This document shows positions 38,558 to 52,846 of a DNA stretch of 64,000 nucleotides, one piece after another. This stretch comes from Octopus vulgaris (lineage: Eukaryota), in contig OX597821.1 in assembly GCA_951406725.2 (NCBI GenBank), positions 58,218,001 through 58,282,000 on the forward strand, given 5' to 3'. The notes under the pieces are model-generated. The model saw nothing but the letters and a program-made list of their open reading frames with translations, had not been told where the DNA came from and did no database searches. A program made the translations under genes and the position numbers. Position 1 is the stretch's first letter; the number at the start of each line of letters is the position of its first letter.

Positions 38558-40566
38558 AATGAACACTGCTAAATAATCTTTCAGAATGATTATTTTCTGT
38601 GAGCAGAATTTTTATTTTGAGTAAATCAACTGTGAAACCTTTGAGTCGAGATTACAGCCTTAGTAGCAATAAAATATCAACATATTTTTCAAGAACGAAC
38701 GTTCAGGTTGTGATACTACTAGTGACCTTCCATTTCTATCTATGTCAAATTTTCTACAAATATTATTTTCATTACTGAATCAAAGGAAGGGAAGTGTCCA
38801 TAATTTTACAAATTATAATAAAAATCACCAGTTTGCCTTTTATGATACTCGGAACACAGATCTCGATGCACATCAATCTCTGTAAACCTCAAACGTGTTC
38901 GAGTTTTTCTAATGACTGATAAACAGGTATAATTATCAAACTTACAGCAAAATCCATATCAAAATTCAAGCACAAATAAATATTAAATAGAATTTGGGTG
39001 ATCGCCATATTACCTTACATTAACAAAATTATATTCAGTAAATAACTGTGATAGAAATATGAAGTACAACTAAAGAATTAACTCGTTATATAAAACTGTA
39101 TAACAAAATATCCCACATAGACTTTTACTCTCGTTTTTGCTTTGTTTGTTGGGGGTTTTTTTTCTACATTTTCCCTTTTATTGATCAAGAGAAAACGAGG
39201 GAAGAGAACTTCACTGTAATAAAGTTTGGTTAATATAGGTGTCGATCAGTGTGTTCCACCAAAGAAGCTTGAGAATGTAACTAGCAAGACCATATGACAA
39301 ATGAGGACATCCTGAAAACAACCAATTCAAGTCCTCCTAGCGAAATCATCGTAGAATGAAAACTAAAACTAGCAAGTCATCTACTCCGACAAACTGAACG
39401 ACGCCATTCTAAAACAGCTTTCAAATGAACACCATCTGAATGAAAAAGAAACAGAAGAACAAAATCTGCATAACTGACATGAGAGAGGCCGGATTTGGAG
39501 AAAATTGCGACAGAAACCAGTGTCGTGAACTTTCTGGCCAATGCGTTCTGGGGTATAGGAGAAACTGATACCGAATCAGCTTGTTGTTGCTGACGCAAAA
39601 AACTCTTCTCCTTGTTATGAATGCATGAATACCAAAATTAAGGAATTTGTTTTTATTATTCATCCCTATCCAGCAGAACACCGACACAACGCATTACTAA
39701 CGGACGATTACTAAACTAATTCGCTGTCACTGCCATGAAGTAGAAATTGTTTCAACAGTCTTTAATCTCATGGCGTTTATAAGAATTGTGGATAAAATCT
39801 TTCCTCATTTACCTACGACACCTGTTGTTTCCATCACCACCAGTTTAATTTACCCTAAGTCCCATTCAGGAACGCTGGACATCGATGTTTCGCCATTTTT
39901 TATGGCTTATGAACATCACGTACCTGAACCGAACCGACGGCAAATAGAATAGCCCGTCCATGCGAATATGTAAAATGGTATGAAAACCATTGACTGGTAT
40001 GTCCGAACAATGCATACGTAGGAATAAATTCAAATATGAATTAGAAACAGCACGAGTGTTGTAAACATTATCGAACACACATACACAATGTATGTGCATC
40101 CCTCTCGAATGGGACTTGGCGTGAGTTTTCTCGCCTCTCTATGACTGAGACCTTCAGATGTTTTAACACACGCGCTTTGAGAGTCAAATCGCAGCTGACA
40201 GATGAACAAGTAAAACACATACATGGTGGTAAAGTGTCCAACTTCCCGGTAAGCTGCAGTTGTATGGTGGAGATACCTCAATTTGGGTATGAATATGTGA
40301 TCCTTTAAGCCAGATGTGCACCCAGAGTTTTCAGTTACTTAATCATTCGTATCTGAAGAATAACAGCTTTTGCTATTAACCGAAATAGATGACCCATTTC
40401 AAGGTGTTTCTCTAACGTTATGTGCATAGTGGACAGCAACTCATCTAGAAGTCGTATGATTCTATCCTTGTCCAATGTATGACCAACACAGATTTATTAA
40501 CCAGCCATAATATGTTTAAGAGAGAGACATCTTTCAGCTACTTAAACTAAATCCTTACACAGTGTA

Positions 40567-41416
40567 CAAAGTGTTCGGATTAAATTCAACGATTTTTTAT
40601 GTCTCCTTTATTCAGGAACAATTTGATGTATGGGTGAACATTCAATAAGGAGAACAAAGAGATTAAAGCCGTAACTGAGAAAAAGTTAACTGACATGAAA
40701 GACTGGAAGCTACTTAAATAGTGGAAACGAGTTGCCTGAATCATGATGATTCGCGTCGGGTGTCAAAATAGACACTTCATGTCTGCTGTTCAATGCTCTG
40801 TGAACACTGTAAAGGCTGTAAGACGTGACATGGCCATCAAGAAAACCAATTTCCCCCAAAACTGTAATGGTCTTTGTGTGTGATTCCAGTAAGGGTGACG
40901 ACTTGCCACCCCACATCTTTGAACAGGGCTTCGGGTTCAATTCAGACGGTTATGTGAAACGGCTGGAGATTGTGGTCAAACTCTGGCTGGAAAGAGTTGC
41001 TGTGGAGTGCCAGCAGGATTCGGCTCTTTGTCATACCGCCAAAAAGAGTCACAGGTGCTTATCGGAGAATTTTTACGAATTCACCAGCCCCGGTTTTTGG
41101 CCGCCTAATTCCTCTGATTTAATCCCATTGATTACTATGTGTGGGATGCAGTTAAGAAAGGCACCTACGGCTCGGTCTCCAAACACCAAGGCCGAACTGG
41201 TTATCAAGATCAAGGAGGTGTTTGAATATCTTCCCAGGGACAAAGTCAGGAACGCATGCGCCAGATTCTGGATCCCTCTTGAGACCCCTTGATGGAGGCT
41301 GCTTTGAGTAAACTGTCACCTTCAAGCCATAATCTAGTTGATATTTTTTATATGGAGATATTGTGGGGTTTTTTTTTCCTTTCTTGCAAACTGTCACATT
41401 TAGCCAGATCGCCTTG
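40567..41416 (+). mobile_element. Decayed Tc1/mariner-superfamily element (maT/DD37D-like), internally deleted
   Basis: ORF 40825-41292 has VMVF, QQDSA.CH and WPPNSSDLIPL(D); weak TIRs with TA flanks. Confidence 0.8.
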
Positions 41417-42039
41417 TAGTTCCTCTAATCCAACAACCTTGGGACTTAGTACGCGCTAGATTATCAAACATGCAGTGTATTGGAACTCAGTCTAAAAAAA
41501 CAATGTTTTCTTTTTAACCAGGTCATCAAATATACAACACTATCTTCCAGCAGCTTCATATCGCCCGACTTCTTTCCGTCTGACAAAATTAAATTTGCTA
41601 ACACCGCTGTCATACTTTAAAGTTTGTAAACCACCCAACTGAAAACACAAGTTTCCATGATGCCCATATCTGCGTGTAATTGTCTGATGTTTTTCAATGA
41701 CCGTATGATCTGTATTCACCATACACTCGGATTACTTTGCGCTAATACGCTAAAATAACAGCACATCGAGTTCTGAAAGTGTTCATATTTTCTTTTAAGG
41801 TTTACCGCACATCAAAATATCGTTACTTGTCTCTAAATCAGCCATTAACTACATAAATTAACCCTTTTGTTCTCAACGTCATAAATTATTGAAGCGTCCA
41901 TGTTATATACCCTTGTAGTATTGTTACGGTTTTCAGTTCATTTCAAACGCTGTATTATTTCAATTGCAGCTGAACTGTAGGAGCTGCATACATCATGTTC
42001 ACATGATAACTAAATTCGTTATTCTTGTAAATAAATATT

Positions 42040-42165
42040 AGAAGGCGACGAGCTGGCAGAAACGTTAGCACGCCGGGCGAAATGCTTTGCAGTATTTCGT
42101 CTGTCTTTACGTTCTGAGTTCAAATTCCGCCGAGGTCGACTTTGCCTAGAGTAGAGTAGAAAAGA
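42040..42165 (+). mobile_element. SINE family A, internally deleted
   Basis: Head to gtcgactttgcc joined directly to the tail tagagtagaaaag. Confidence 0.8.
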
Positions 42166-42817
42166 AAAGTATGTCAGCAATGGCGGCTTCTGGTTGACTA
42201 AAATTACACAACTTTGAAAATCTGTAACTTTTCTGCCATTAATTCAAAGAAGAAATATGAGTGGAATTTTCGTTCTTAGCCTGCAAAACTGCAAATGTTA
42301 TCTCCTCGGTAAAAAAAATAAAGGTAAGGGGAAGGGTGGACATACTCCGACTGGACACATGCTAAAGCCGTAATAGTACACAGCACCTTAAAGTATCTTA
42401 GAGCACACTCTTCTGCTGATGTTTCTATTCATTTGTCTGTCTGTTCGTCTCTGACTTATTGTGCTATCCAAATCACAAATCAATTTAATATTTCAAAATG
42501 ACGTTAGGGACAAATTGATGATAACTTGATACTTTCTTATCTTTTTCTCCATTCTAATCTTTATTAGTGTCATTCCTTTCACTCCACCAACACCACCGCC
42601 GCCGCCACAAACAATACTGAAACGGAGAAACAACAGACAAAAGTAAAATTTAATAACTTTTGCTCTAGCGCAAGCGCATCATTACTTTATTGATTCGTTC
42701 GATTCCTTTGAGCAAGAGATCTGAAGCTTAAATTTTATCAATTTGATTGATCCCTTATGTATTGGCGATGTAACGAAATAATTCTTCCGGAATATTACCA
42801 TGAGAACCGATGTTGAA

Positions 42818-42852
<35 letters not shown>

Positions 42853-43808
42853 AATAATGGAAGATGATAAGGGAAAAAATTATCGAAAATACGGGGTGGG
42901 GGGTTGTCTCTCTGCGGCTCTACACACACATCATTACTTGTACATAGTAAAATCGATAAAGAGTTCAGTGAACTTGCCGTTTGGAGTAGGAAATAGAACG
43001 TTTCGGACAGAGGTCATTCTTCAGGGGAAAAGTTGACCAGAAAGAAATTAATGAAAGACAGCCGAGCTTTACATCCTCTAAGCTCATTACACTCTTCTTA
43101 TCGAATTAGTTCAATAGTACCAATCTTGCCGATGCCGATCAACACAAGTCCCTTTAGAGCCATTTCGATCATATATTTCTCATATATATCAACACGCTCC
43201 ATCCCCTATATAGCCACTTGCCTTGCTAGATATAGCAGTCAAAATTACCAAGCTGCTCTATTTTTTAAATATATTGAAAAATGTAGCCTTAGATACACTA
43301 TTAGAATAAAAGACAGAATGGTCTTGGCTGGAAAGCGTTTGATCATAGGTCAGCTTCACCATTGCTAACCCGGGGCTAAATAACAGCAGCAACATATTAT
43401 TCATTACAGCTGAAGTTGTCGAATCCAGAGAAACACGACAAAAATTCCATTAGTGAGGTACACAATTTGAAGTGGTAACTATAAACATATACTGTTCACC
43501 AACGAACGCCGCAGGTAATCTTAATTAACAGCGTGAGTGTGCGCTTTAATACAAAAAATTGCGCCAATGAGAAAGAAATATAAGAATACATAATACGAGA
43601 TGTAGAGTTTTATATTTATGAGAAGCTAAAAATTTCATCGATCGTAACACCGAGTTTCATGTTTTCGATCGTCAGAATATGTATACACAGACACACACAG
43701 CTATATAAATATACACATATGCACACACGCGGATGGATATATTAGTACATTTACAGATATATACATAAATACATACACACACGACATGAACACACGCACA
43801 CGCACACA

Positions 43809-43851
<43 letters not shown>

Positions 43852-43904
43852 AATATTCTCTCTCTCACACACATGCATACACACTCTCTGTCACACACAC
43901 ATGA

Positions 43905-44385
43905 TGTGGAGGCACGTAACTCACTGATTAAAGTGTTGCAATCATGATCTTGAGATTCTGGTTTCGATTCCTGGACCGAGCGATGCGTTTTCATTTCAGG
44001 TTGCTTCAGTCCACTCAGCTGGCAAAAGTGAGTTATTCTGCGACAGACTGGCGTCCCATCCGGGTTGGGTGTGGAGACATATACGTCACAGAATCCGAGA
44101 AAACAGCCTTATGAGCTTTTGGCTCAGGGAGGACTTTGGTCTTTTTTTTTTCTTTTATAAATACACGATACGACATATTCTTTTCTTTTTTTATTCCTTT
44201 CAGTCATTTCACTGTGGCCATGCTGGAACACCGCCTTTAGTCGAACAAACTGACCCCAGGATTTATTCTTTGCAAGCCTTGTACTTATTTTACGGTGTCT
44301 TTTGCCGAACCGCTAAGTCACAAGTAAACACACCATCGATTGTCAAGCAATGGTGGGAGATAGCACAGACATACAAACACACACA

Positions 44386-44449
<64 letters not shown>

Positions 44450-45283
44450 CATCACGGACTTCTTTCAGTTTCCGTCAACCAAATCCACTCAGAAGGCTTT
44501 GGTCAGCCCGAGGTTATAGCATAAGACACTTGCCCAAGGTGCCATGCAGTGGGACTGAACCCGGAACCATGTAGTTGGGAAGCAAGCTTCTTACCACATA
44601 GCCACACATGCGCCTATATATTTGTGATTTAAAATTATCTCTACCTCTAGAGAAAATGCTTTAGTTACAAAAGGCTAATTAGGAGCAGCTCCTTATAAGA
44701 GTCAAGAATCAAAAATTCTCTAAAGCTGACATGACACTAAAGAAAAGGACCGGCTTATTAATTGGCGGTGAGGCGATAGTCTTGGACATGAGTTTCTACT
44801 GCAATACATTTATCGTTTATTTGTTTCAGTCATTGGGTTGTGGCCATGCTGGAGCACTATTCTGCTATTCTGAAGAATTTTTAGTCAAATGGAAACGAGC
44901 CCAACACTTTTTTCTTTAACCTAGTACTTATTCTATCGGTCTCTATAGCCGAAATGCTAAGTTATGGGTATGTAAACACACCAGCACTGGTTGTCAAGCG
45001 ATGTTGACTTGTAAACCTTTATTCTTGGCAATATATAATGGTCGCGAAACGAAATACTGTGCTCTTATTATTTTTTTTTTGTTCTTTTATTCTTTTACTC
45101 GTTTCAGTCATTTGACTGCGGCCATGCAGGAGCACTGCATTTAGTCGAACAAATCAACCCCAGGACTTATTCTTTGTAAGTCTAGTACTTATTCTATTGA
45201 TCTAAGTTATGGAAACGTAAACACACCAACATCAGTTGTCAAGCGATGTTGGGGGGGGGGGACAAACACAGACACACAAATAC

Positions 45284-45362
<79 letters not shown>

Positions 45363-45432
45363 TAGATACATATACACATACGACGGGCTTCTTTCAGTTT
45401 CCGTCTACCAAATTCACTCACAAGTCTTTGGG
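43905..45432. mobile_element. SINE cluster: family C with V-like domain (43905-44135 +) and family B (44185-44615, 44815-45005, 45085-45432, all -)
   Basis: Family motifs as above; tgcgacagactggcgtcccatcc resembles the V-SINE domain. Confidence 0.8.
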
Positions 45433-45448
45433 CTACACATCCACTCAT

Positions 45449-46770
45449 ATTAGGTTTCCGGAAAGTTCTGAGCGTTTTTTTTAATATGCAAAAGGAGATA
45501 TAAATAATTAACCTTTCAATAAATTTTATTCAGTGAAATAATTTCCATTATTATTAATGACCTTTGCCCATCTATCGAGCGATTTAAATATTCCATCAGT
45601 ATGAAAATTGACTGGCTTTTGAAGGAAAAAAGTTATCTAAATGCATTTTTACTCCATCTAAATCATTTATTGTTTTTCCTTGCAATGAGTTCTGTAGAGA
45701 CAAAATCAAGTGGTAGTTGGATGGAGCAATATCAGGAGAATATGGTGGATGGAGTAAGAGATCCCAGTCAAGTTCATGTAACTTTGTTCGGGTAGCCAAA
45801 GACATATGCGGTTGGGCATTGTCTTGTTGGAACCCTACCCCTTTCCTGTTGGCGATCTCCTGCCTCAATTCTTTGAATTATTTGGTTCAAATTAGCCAGC
45901 TGACAACAGTACACATCAGAATTCATGGTCTGGTTTTGTGAGAGAAACTCAATAAATAATGCTTGTTTGATCCCACCAAACACAAAGCATGACCTTTTTG
46001 GCATGGATATTCGTTTTTAATTGCTGTTTTGGGAAATCCTTACGTAAACTTCAGGATCATTTTTCACGCTGTGTTTTTGTACACAATCCATTTTTCATCT
46101 CTAGTCACAAGTTGTTTCAAAAAAAGGCATGCTTTCATTCCGTTTCATAAGTATATCACAAACAGAATACCAGTCCAAGTAATTATTTTCTGAAAGTTTG
46201 TGAGGGATCCATACATTATAGCGAAAAATGTATCCTAATTCCACTAGGCGTTCATGGGTCGTACATTTAGAAACTTCCAACTTCTCTACAAGTTCTCGAG
46301 TGATATTTCAGTTTTCTTCGATTTTTGCCTTCAAAACTTCTTCATACAATTCTGAAGGTCTTCCACTGCGACTGCCATCTTCCAATCTAAACTCACCAGC
46401 TTCAAATTTCGAGAACCACCTTCAAACAAATGAATCACCTACAGCATCATCACCAAAATCTTTACAAATGTTTTTGCAAATTTTTGCAGAATTTTCTCCT
46501 TTTAAAAAAAAAAGAAAAGCATTACAACACGAATATGAAACTTTTGATTATCCATTTCAAATGTCAATAAAGGGTAACCGGAATGAAAGATAAATCTATT
46601 TTTAGTCAGGAACAAAGAAGAGATGCACTACCACTTTAAGCAACGCCAAAGTTTTAACTGTTACGTTTCAGGTGTGTTCAAGGAAGCGATGAAATATTTC
46701 GTTTAAAAACAGTCAGAACCTAAAGCATTATAACGTCTGTAAATGAGATATTTGAGGGGTAAAAACGCTT
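45449..46770 (-). mobile_element. Decayed mariner transposon (second family)
   Basis: FQQDNAQPH and HPPYSPDIAPSNYHL; left TIR ttaggtttccggaaagttctgagcgtttt, right TIR only partly recognisable. Confidence 0.88.
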
Positions 46771-46834
46771 GAGCAATGCAAATGAGAATTTATGCAAAAT
46801 ATGCAGAGGGATACTAATAACTGGAGAGACAGAC

Positions 46835-47150
46835 AGACAGAGAGAGAGAAATGTATTGTAATATCTTATATAGGCTGTTCAATGACCTTGTAATAAATAT
46901 TTCGTGAGGAACATTCCCTTTCTCATATAGAAGAAAGCGAAAGATACAGGAAATCGTTATTATCTGCAGGCTATACGAGAGTGTTATGACAAAAAGCAAT
47001 GATGTATTACTGATTTTTTAAATATATTATAGTAGTGTTAACTTATGTAGTATATATTTTCTTTGCTTTCATTTATTGTAATCATCATATATATATATTT
47101 TGCTAACGCTTAACCTACATTGCTCAAAGGATTTTACAAATATTTATTCC

Positions 47151-47185
<35 letters not shown>

Positions 47186-47227
47186 TAAATATATATATAT
47201 ATATAAATGAGTAAATATAAGTATATA

Positions 47228-47305
<78 letters not shown>

Positions 47306-47512
47306 ATTGTAATATCTTACATAGTCTGTTCAATGGCCTTGTAATATTTCACGGGGAAAATTCCCTTTCTCACATAGAAGAAAGCAACAGATATAAGCAG
47401 TTTAAGAAATCGTTATAATCTGCAGACTATACGAGAGTGTTATGACAAAAAGCATTGATGTATTACTGATTTTTTAATATATTATAGCAGTGTTAACTTA
47501 TGTAGTATATTT
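46835..47512. repeat. Diverged ~220-bp direct duplication, ~450 bp apart
   Basis: gagagaaa.gtattgtaatatctta...gtgttaacttatgtagtatat at ~46840-47055 and ~47290-47510. Confidence 0.88.
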
Positions 47513-47539
47513 TAGTATTTTCTACCTTGACTTTTTTTC

Positions 47540-47586
<47 letters not shown>

Positions 47587-47795
47587 CAATAAATGGTGAA
47601 AAGCCAGAGTGTGTTGCGTTCCGTTACTTAATAAAAGAAGAAATGTATAGTAATTACACAAACAAAAAGTAATAAACGTATAACGTATGTTGAGTAAACA
47701 GACAGACTCGTCTGTCTCGTCTGTTTGTACACTCAATTATACGGTTGTTGTTTTTTTTTTTACTTTTCGTTTGTGTATTTACTATACATTTTTTT

Positions 47796-47853
<58 letters not shown>

Positions 47854-48047
47854 CGTCGTTCAATGCTCGAAATGAGGAGTAGATGGACAGCCGACAACTG
47901 TGAAAGGTTGTTCTTTATGTTACTTGTCCTGTTTTCCATTTGTTTCTCTCGCTTGCGTATTCAACTCGTTTGTTTTCGCATCTCACGTTGTTTTCGTATT
48001 TCATGTTGTTTTTTACGGTTTGTGACATCCTGTATCTATATATGCAC

Positions 48048-48101
<54 letters not shown>

Positions 48102-48129
48102 CTGTGTGTGTCTGTGTGCGTGTGTGTGC

Positions 48130-48175
<46 letters not shown>

Positions 48176-48547
48176 ATAAGATCGTTATTTAAATACTGAT
48201 CTTATCAGGTGGCCAGCATGGGAATAAAATCCTTCAAATGTAGTAATTATTATTAAAATTATAATTTAAGGTATCTAAGAGATACCACCATGCTGGAAAT
48301 AGCAGCCAAAACGTGACTCTAAAACCACATTAAATGTTCATACAGCACCATGTTGTTAGGAAGGGCCTCCAGCTGTAAAATCCATGTCAAAGTAGACAGG
48401 GAAGCTTGCCGTAGTCCTCTGGTTTGCCAGCTCTTGTCAAACTGTCCAACTCCTGCCAGCATGGAAGATAGAATTTGAATGATGACTATATGATGATGAT
48501 ATATATAAATATGTAAAAACATATGCATACATACTTACATACCTCTC

Positions 48548-48875
48548 GTGGCACTCCGTCGGTTACGACGACGAGGGTTCCAGTTGATCCGATCAACAGT
48601 AAAGCGTACTCGTGCACTTAACGTGCTAATGGCTGAGCACTCCACAAACACGTGTACCCTTAACGTAGTTCTCGGGGATATTCAGCGTGACAAGGTACAA
48701 AAGAAACAGGAAGAGTGAAAGTTGTGGTGAAAGAATACAGTAGGGTTCGCCACCACCCCCTGCCGGAGCTTCGTGAAGCTTTAGGTGTTTTCGCTTAACA
48801 TACACTCAGAACGCCCAGTCTAGGAATCGAAACCGCGAGTCCGCTGCCCTAACCATTGGGCCATTGCGCCTCCAC
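48548..48875 (-). mobile_element. SINE (second head type plus tail type 2)
   Basis: Similar to 17447-17800. Confidence 0.82.
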
Positions 48876-49354
48876 ATTCCAATATATATATATCATCATC
48901 GTCATCATTTAGCGTCTATTTTTCCATGTTCGCATGAGCCAGGTAGAATTTGTTGAGTTTAGATTTTCGATGGCTGGATGCCTTTCCTGCTACCAACCCT
49001 TCCCTGTATCCAAGCAAGGAAATATTTCCCCATGGTCAGACGTGTTTTCCACAGAAGACTAGAAATGAACGTCATCACTTGTATGATGGTGATGCATGTT
49101 TACAACCATTACATGATTTCAAGACACGGACACACACACATGCAGACGTGTTCCTTTCAGTTTCTGGGCTTTGGACAGCTTAGGGCTATAGTAGAAGACA
49201 CTTACCCAAGTTGTCACATAATGGAACCGAACGCAAGCCCACAAGCTTCTCCACCATATAGCCATACACACACACACACGCACACGTTCATCGTCACTGT
49301 CCATCCACTTTCATTATTCAATGAGATGCAGAATCAAAATTCAAAATTCCTTTA

Positions 49355-49600
49355 GTTAGTTCTCTCCATGCCATGACACACATAAGGCCACAACACGATC
49401 TCTCCAGCCAGCTGTTTTCTGCCACTGTCTTGGTCTCATTCCAGCTTCTCTACTCTTCTCATCTCCTTTCCTTGTCTCAGTGGTCCTTCACCATCTGGTT
49501 TTAGGGTGCCCTACAGCTCTTTTCCCCCTTCACGCTGTCATTTTAGTGCCACCATACAATCACTTCCTTGATCTTGTCTGATCCAGGTCCAATGTTTGCA
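49355..49600 (-). mobile_element. RTE-like LINE 3' end
   Basis: Reverse translation GKRAVGHPKTRW...WRDRVVALCV resembles the RTE GRP..TW / ALC C-terminus; short (CTAA) tail. Confidence 0.6.
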
Positions 49601-50649
49601 TTTTATTTCATCATATTGATTCTTGAGAATGGTGAAAACCAGACAAAATATTTTCTAAAAAAAGTTTAATTTTTGTAATTTTTTTTTTAATTCAAATTCT
49701 CACTCCTTGAACAAAAAGAAAACAAGACTGTTTACATTTAAATGTTTCTTTTTTTTATTTATTTCTTTTTCCAAGTATATTCTTTTAAAATTAACAATCA
49801 AGGGACATTCTTTAATGTTTACTGATTAACTGAGTGGCTGGGGTATGAGTATCGGAGTGTATATGTGGTTGAGAGAATACATGTGTATGTATGAAGAACA
49901 TATGAATGTGTGTATGTGTATTTCAAACCCCACTTATATGAATGTATGAGTCTGTATGTATGTGTATGTGTGAATGTGTTTAGAACCCACTAAAAGGATC
50001 TCTATGTTTTTAATTTCATCGTGTCAACTTTTCTCTTCCCTTTACAACTATATTTGGGGTTTTTTTTAATAATAACAATTAACACATTTTTATTTAATGA
50101 TTATAAGAGTGTGAGTATGACAGCGTGTATATATACGAGGGAATATGCATTAAATGCATATATGTGTGTGTGAGCATGTTTGTGTTTGTGTGTCTGTTTT
50201 CCAGAACACCATTTACGAGTACTTTTATAAAATTGTTTAACCTCTTGGTTAATATACTTGGTTTCAAGTATATTAAATAAAAAATCCTTGAAGCCTAAAA
50301 ATGACTCAAAAGGATTAACATATTTTTTATCTGATATATTTAACTGTACCACTACTAAAATTACTAACCAGCAAAAAAAAATATATATAGTAAGTAAAAT
50401 AAAACCTTCAAGACAAACATTTTCTTTTTTCTGTTCTTTTTTTTTTTTTTTTTGTCTCTCTTAGTAAAATTCCTTGATGAATAATTCACTTTACCAACTT
50501 TGCAGAAAAGCTAAATGAAAGGCTAAACTGACCCTGGCAGGATTAGAACTCACAAATATACAACATCAAACTAGCACAAAGTATCCTGTCCAATGCACTT
50601 ATCTTTGCGCTAAATTTCCAGCCAAATAAACAAAAAGAGAGACGGAGAG

Positions 50650-50692
<43 letters not shown>

Positions 50693-51498
50693 TCACACAC
50701 AGGAATTTAACTTGCAGCCTATAAGATATATTACAAATGTCACATGAAAATTTAACAATTGGATCAATAACAGATCTCACTTGAAGAAATGTTCCCGATG
50801 AAAGAGTTTTATTACAAAGCAGCAAAATAGTCTATGATCACTCATTCTGATATAAATATTACAGACAATACTGATAGCAGTTTAAAGATATGACTAGCAA
50901 CAGCAATAATTGGCCCTAATTTTTACTAGGAACAATGTGAAGCCTGTACTCATTATTACCATACTGAAAACACTGTTAACATTTCATTACATTTTTTTTT
51001 AACATCATACTTTTACCAAGGGCAGTATTGCATTCTATCAGTATTAAAAACTGACAGAAAATATTTAGCTGTAATCTTCTTTCAGTATAACAAACTTCGC
51101 ACATAAACTCACACACACACACACACACACACATCAACCTTCTCTACAAAACCAGTTACAATTTATTTCAAAGACCAACAAATAATAACAATAAGGACTT
51201 TTCTATAGTTTCTTTTACATTTTTTCTTTCTCAATTTCTTTTCTTTTTTGTTTTGTTTCAAGGAGAGAAGTGTAGGCCCAAGAGTGATAGAATGAGTAGA
51301 GGGTGGAGTCGATTCCTTTTTGACTTCCTGATATATATTTATTAGCAATTATTTCATTAATCCCAGAGACACTGTAACAAAGCTACCCCTGGAAGAATTT
51401 GAAGTCTGAGAAGCCAGTTAAGAAAGTAGATACTCTATAGCATCAAATATGACACATTACCATATCCAACATCTTTACCATTTTCTATTATTGATTTT

Positions 51499-51499
<1 letters not shown>

Positions 51500-51534
<35 letters not shown>

Positions 51535-52808
51535 CCTTTCTGCTATAGGCACAAGGCCTGAAATTTTGGGCACGGGACTACTTGATTACATCAACCCCAC
51601 TTCACAACTGGTATTATTTTATCAATCCCCAAATGGATGGAAAGCAATGTTGACCACAGTGGAATTTGAACTCAGAACGTGCAGTCTAACGAAATGCCAC
51701 TAAGTGTTTCACCCAGCATGCAAAAACAATTCTCCTTGCTCACCACCTTAATAGTAATAATAATAATAATAATAATAATCCTTTCTATAGTAGCCCCATA
51801 GCCTGGATTTTATTCAACTGGTACTTAATTTATCAGCCCCGAAGGATGAAAGGTCAAGTCAACCTCGGCAGAATTTGAACTCAGAACATAGCGACGGCGA
51901 AATACCTCTAAGCATTTTGTCCAGTGTGCTAACAAATCTGCCAGCTCCCCACCCTAATAATAATAATAATATTAATAATAATCCTTTCTACTATGGGCAC
52001 AAGGCTTGGAATTTTTTTGGCAGAGAGGGGGTAAATCAATTACATTGACCCCATTATTCAACTGGTACTTATTTTATTGACCCCCAAAACAATGAAAGGC
52101 AAAGTCGACTTCAGCGGAATTTGAACTCAGAGCATAGCGGCAGGCAAAATGCCGCTAAACATTTCACCCGGCATGCTAACAGTTCTGCCAGCTCACCACC
52201 TTAATAATAATAATAATTATTATTATTATTATTATTATTATTATCATTATTATTTTCTACTCTAGACACAAGGCCTTGAAAATTTTGAAGGGAGCTAGTC
52301 GATATAATTGACTAGCTCCCGACTGTCGACTTTGCCTTTCATCCTTTGGGAGTAGATAAAATCAGTACCTATTTCTTTACTACCCACAAGGGGCTAAACA
52401 CAGAGAGGACAAACAAGGACACACAAACAGATGAAGTCGATTATATCGACCCCAGTGCGTAACTGGTACTTAATTTATCGACCCCGAAAGGATGAAAGGC
52501 AAAGTCGACCTCTGAGTTCAAATTCCGCCGAGGTCGACTTTGCCTTTCATCCTTTCGGGGTCGATAAATTAAGTACCAGTTACGCACTGGGGTCGATATA
52601 ATCGACTTCATCTGTTTGTGTGTCCTTGTTTGTCCTCTCTGTGTTTAGCCCCTTGTGGGTAGTAAAGAAATAGGTACTGATTTTATCTACTCCAAAAGGA
52701 TGAAAGGCAAAGTCGACTTCAACAAAATTTGAACTCAGAGCACAGCAGCAGGTGAAATACCGCTAAGCATTTCGACCAGCAAGCTAATGATTCTGCCAGC
52801 TCACTGCC

Positions 52809-52846
<38 letters not shown>

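Noticed and set aside
39380-40330. Higher-GC unique stretch with short ORFs (similar stretches at 338-690, 15200-15660 and 36490-37070)
   Set aside because: Probably old retroelement debris, but I could not identify any diagnostic motif.
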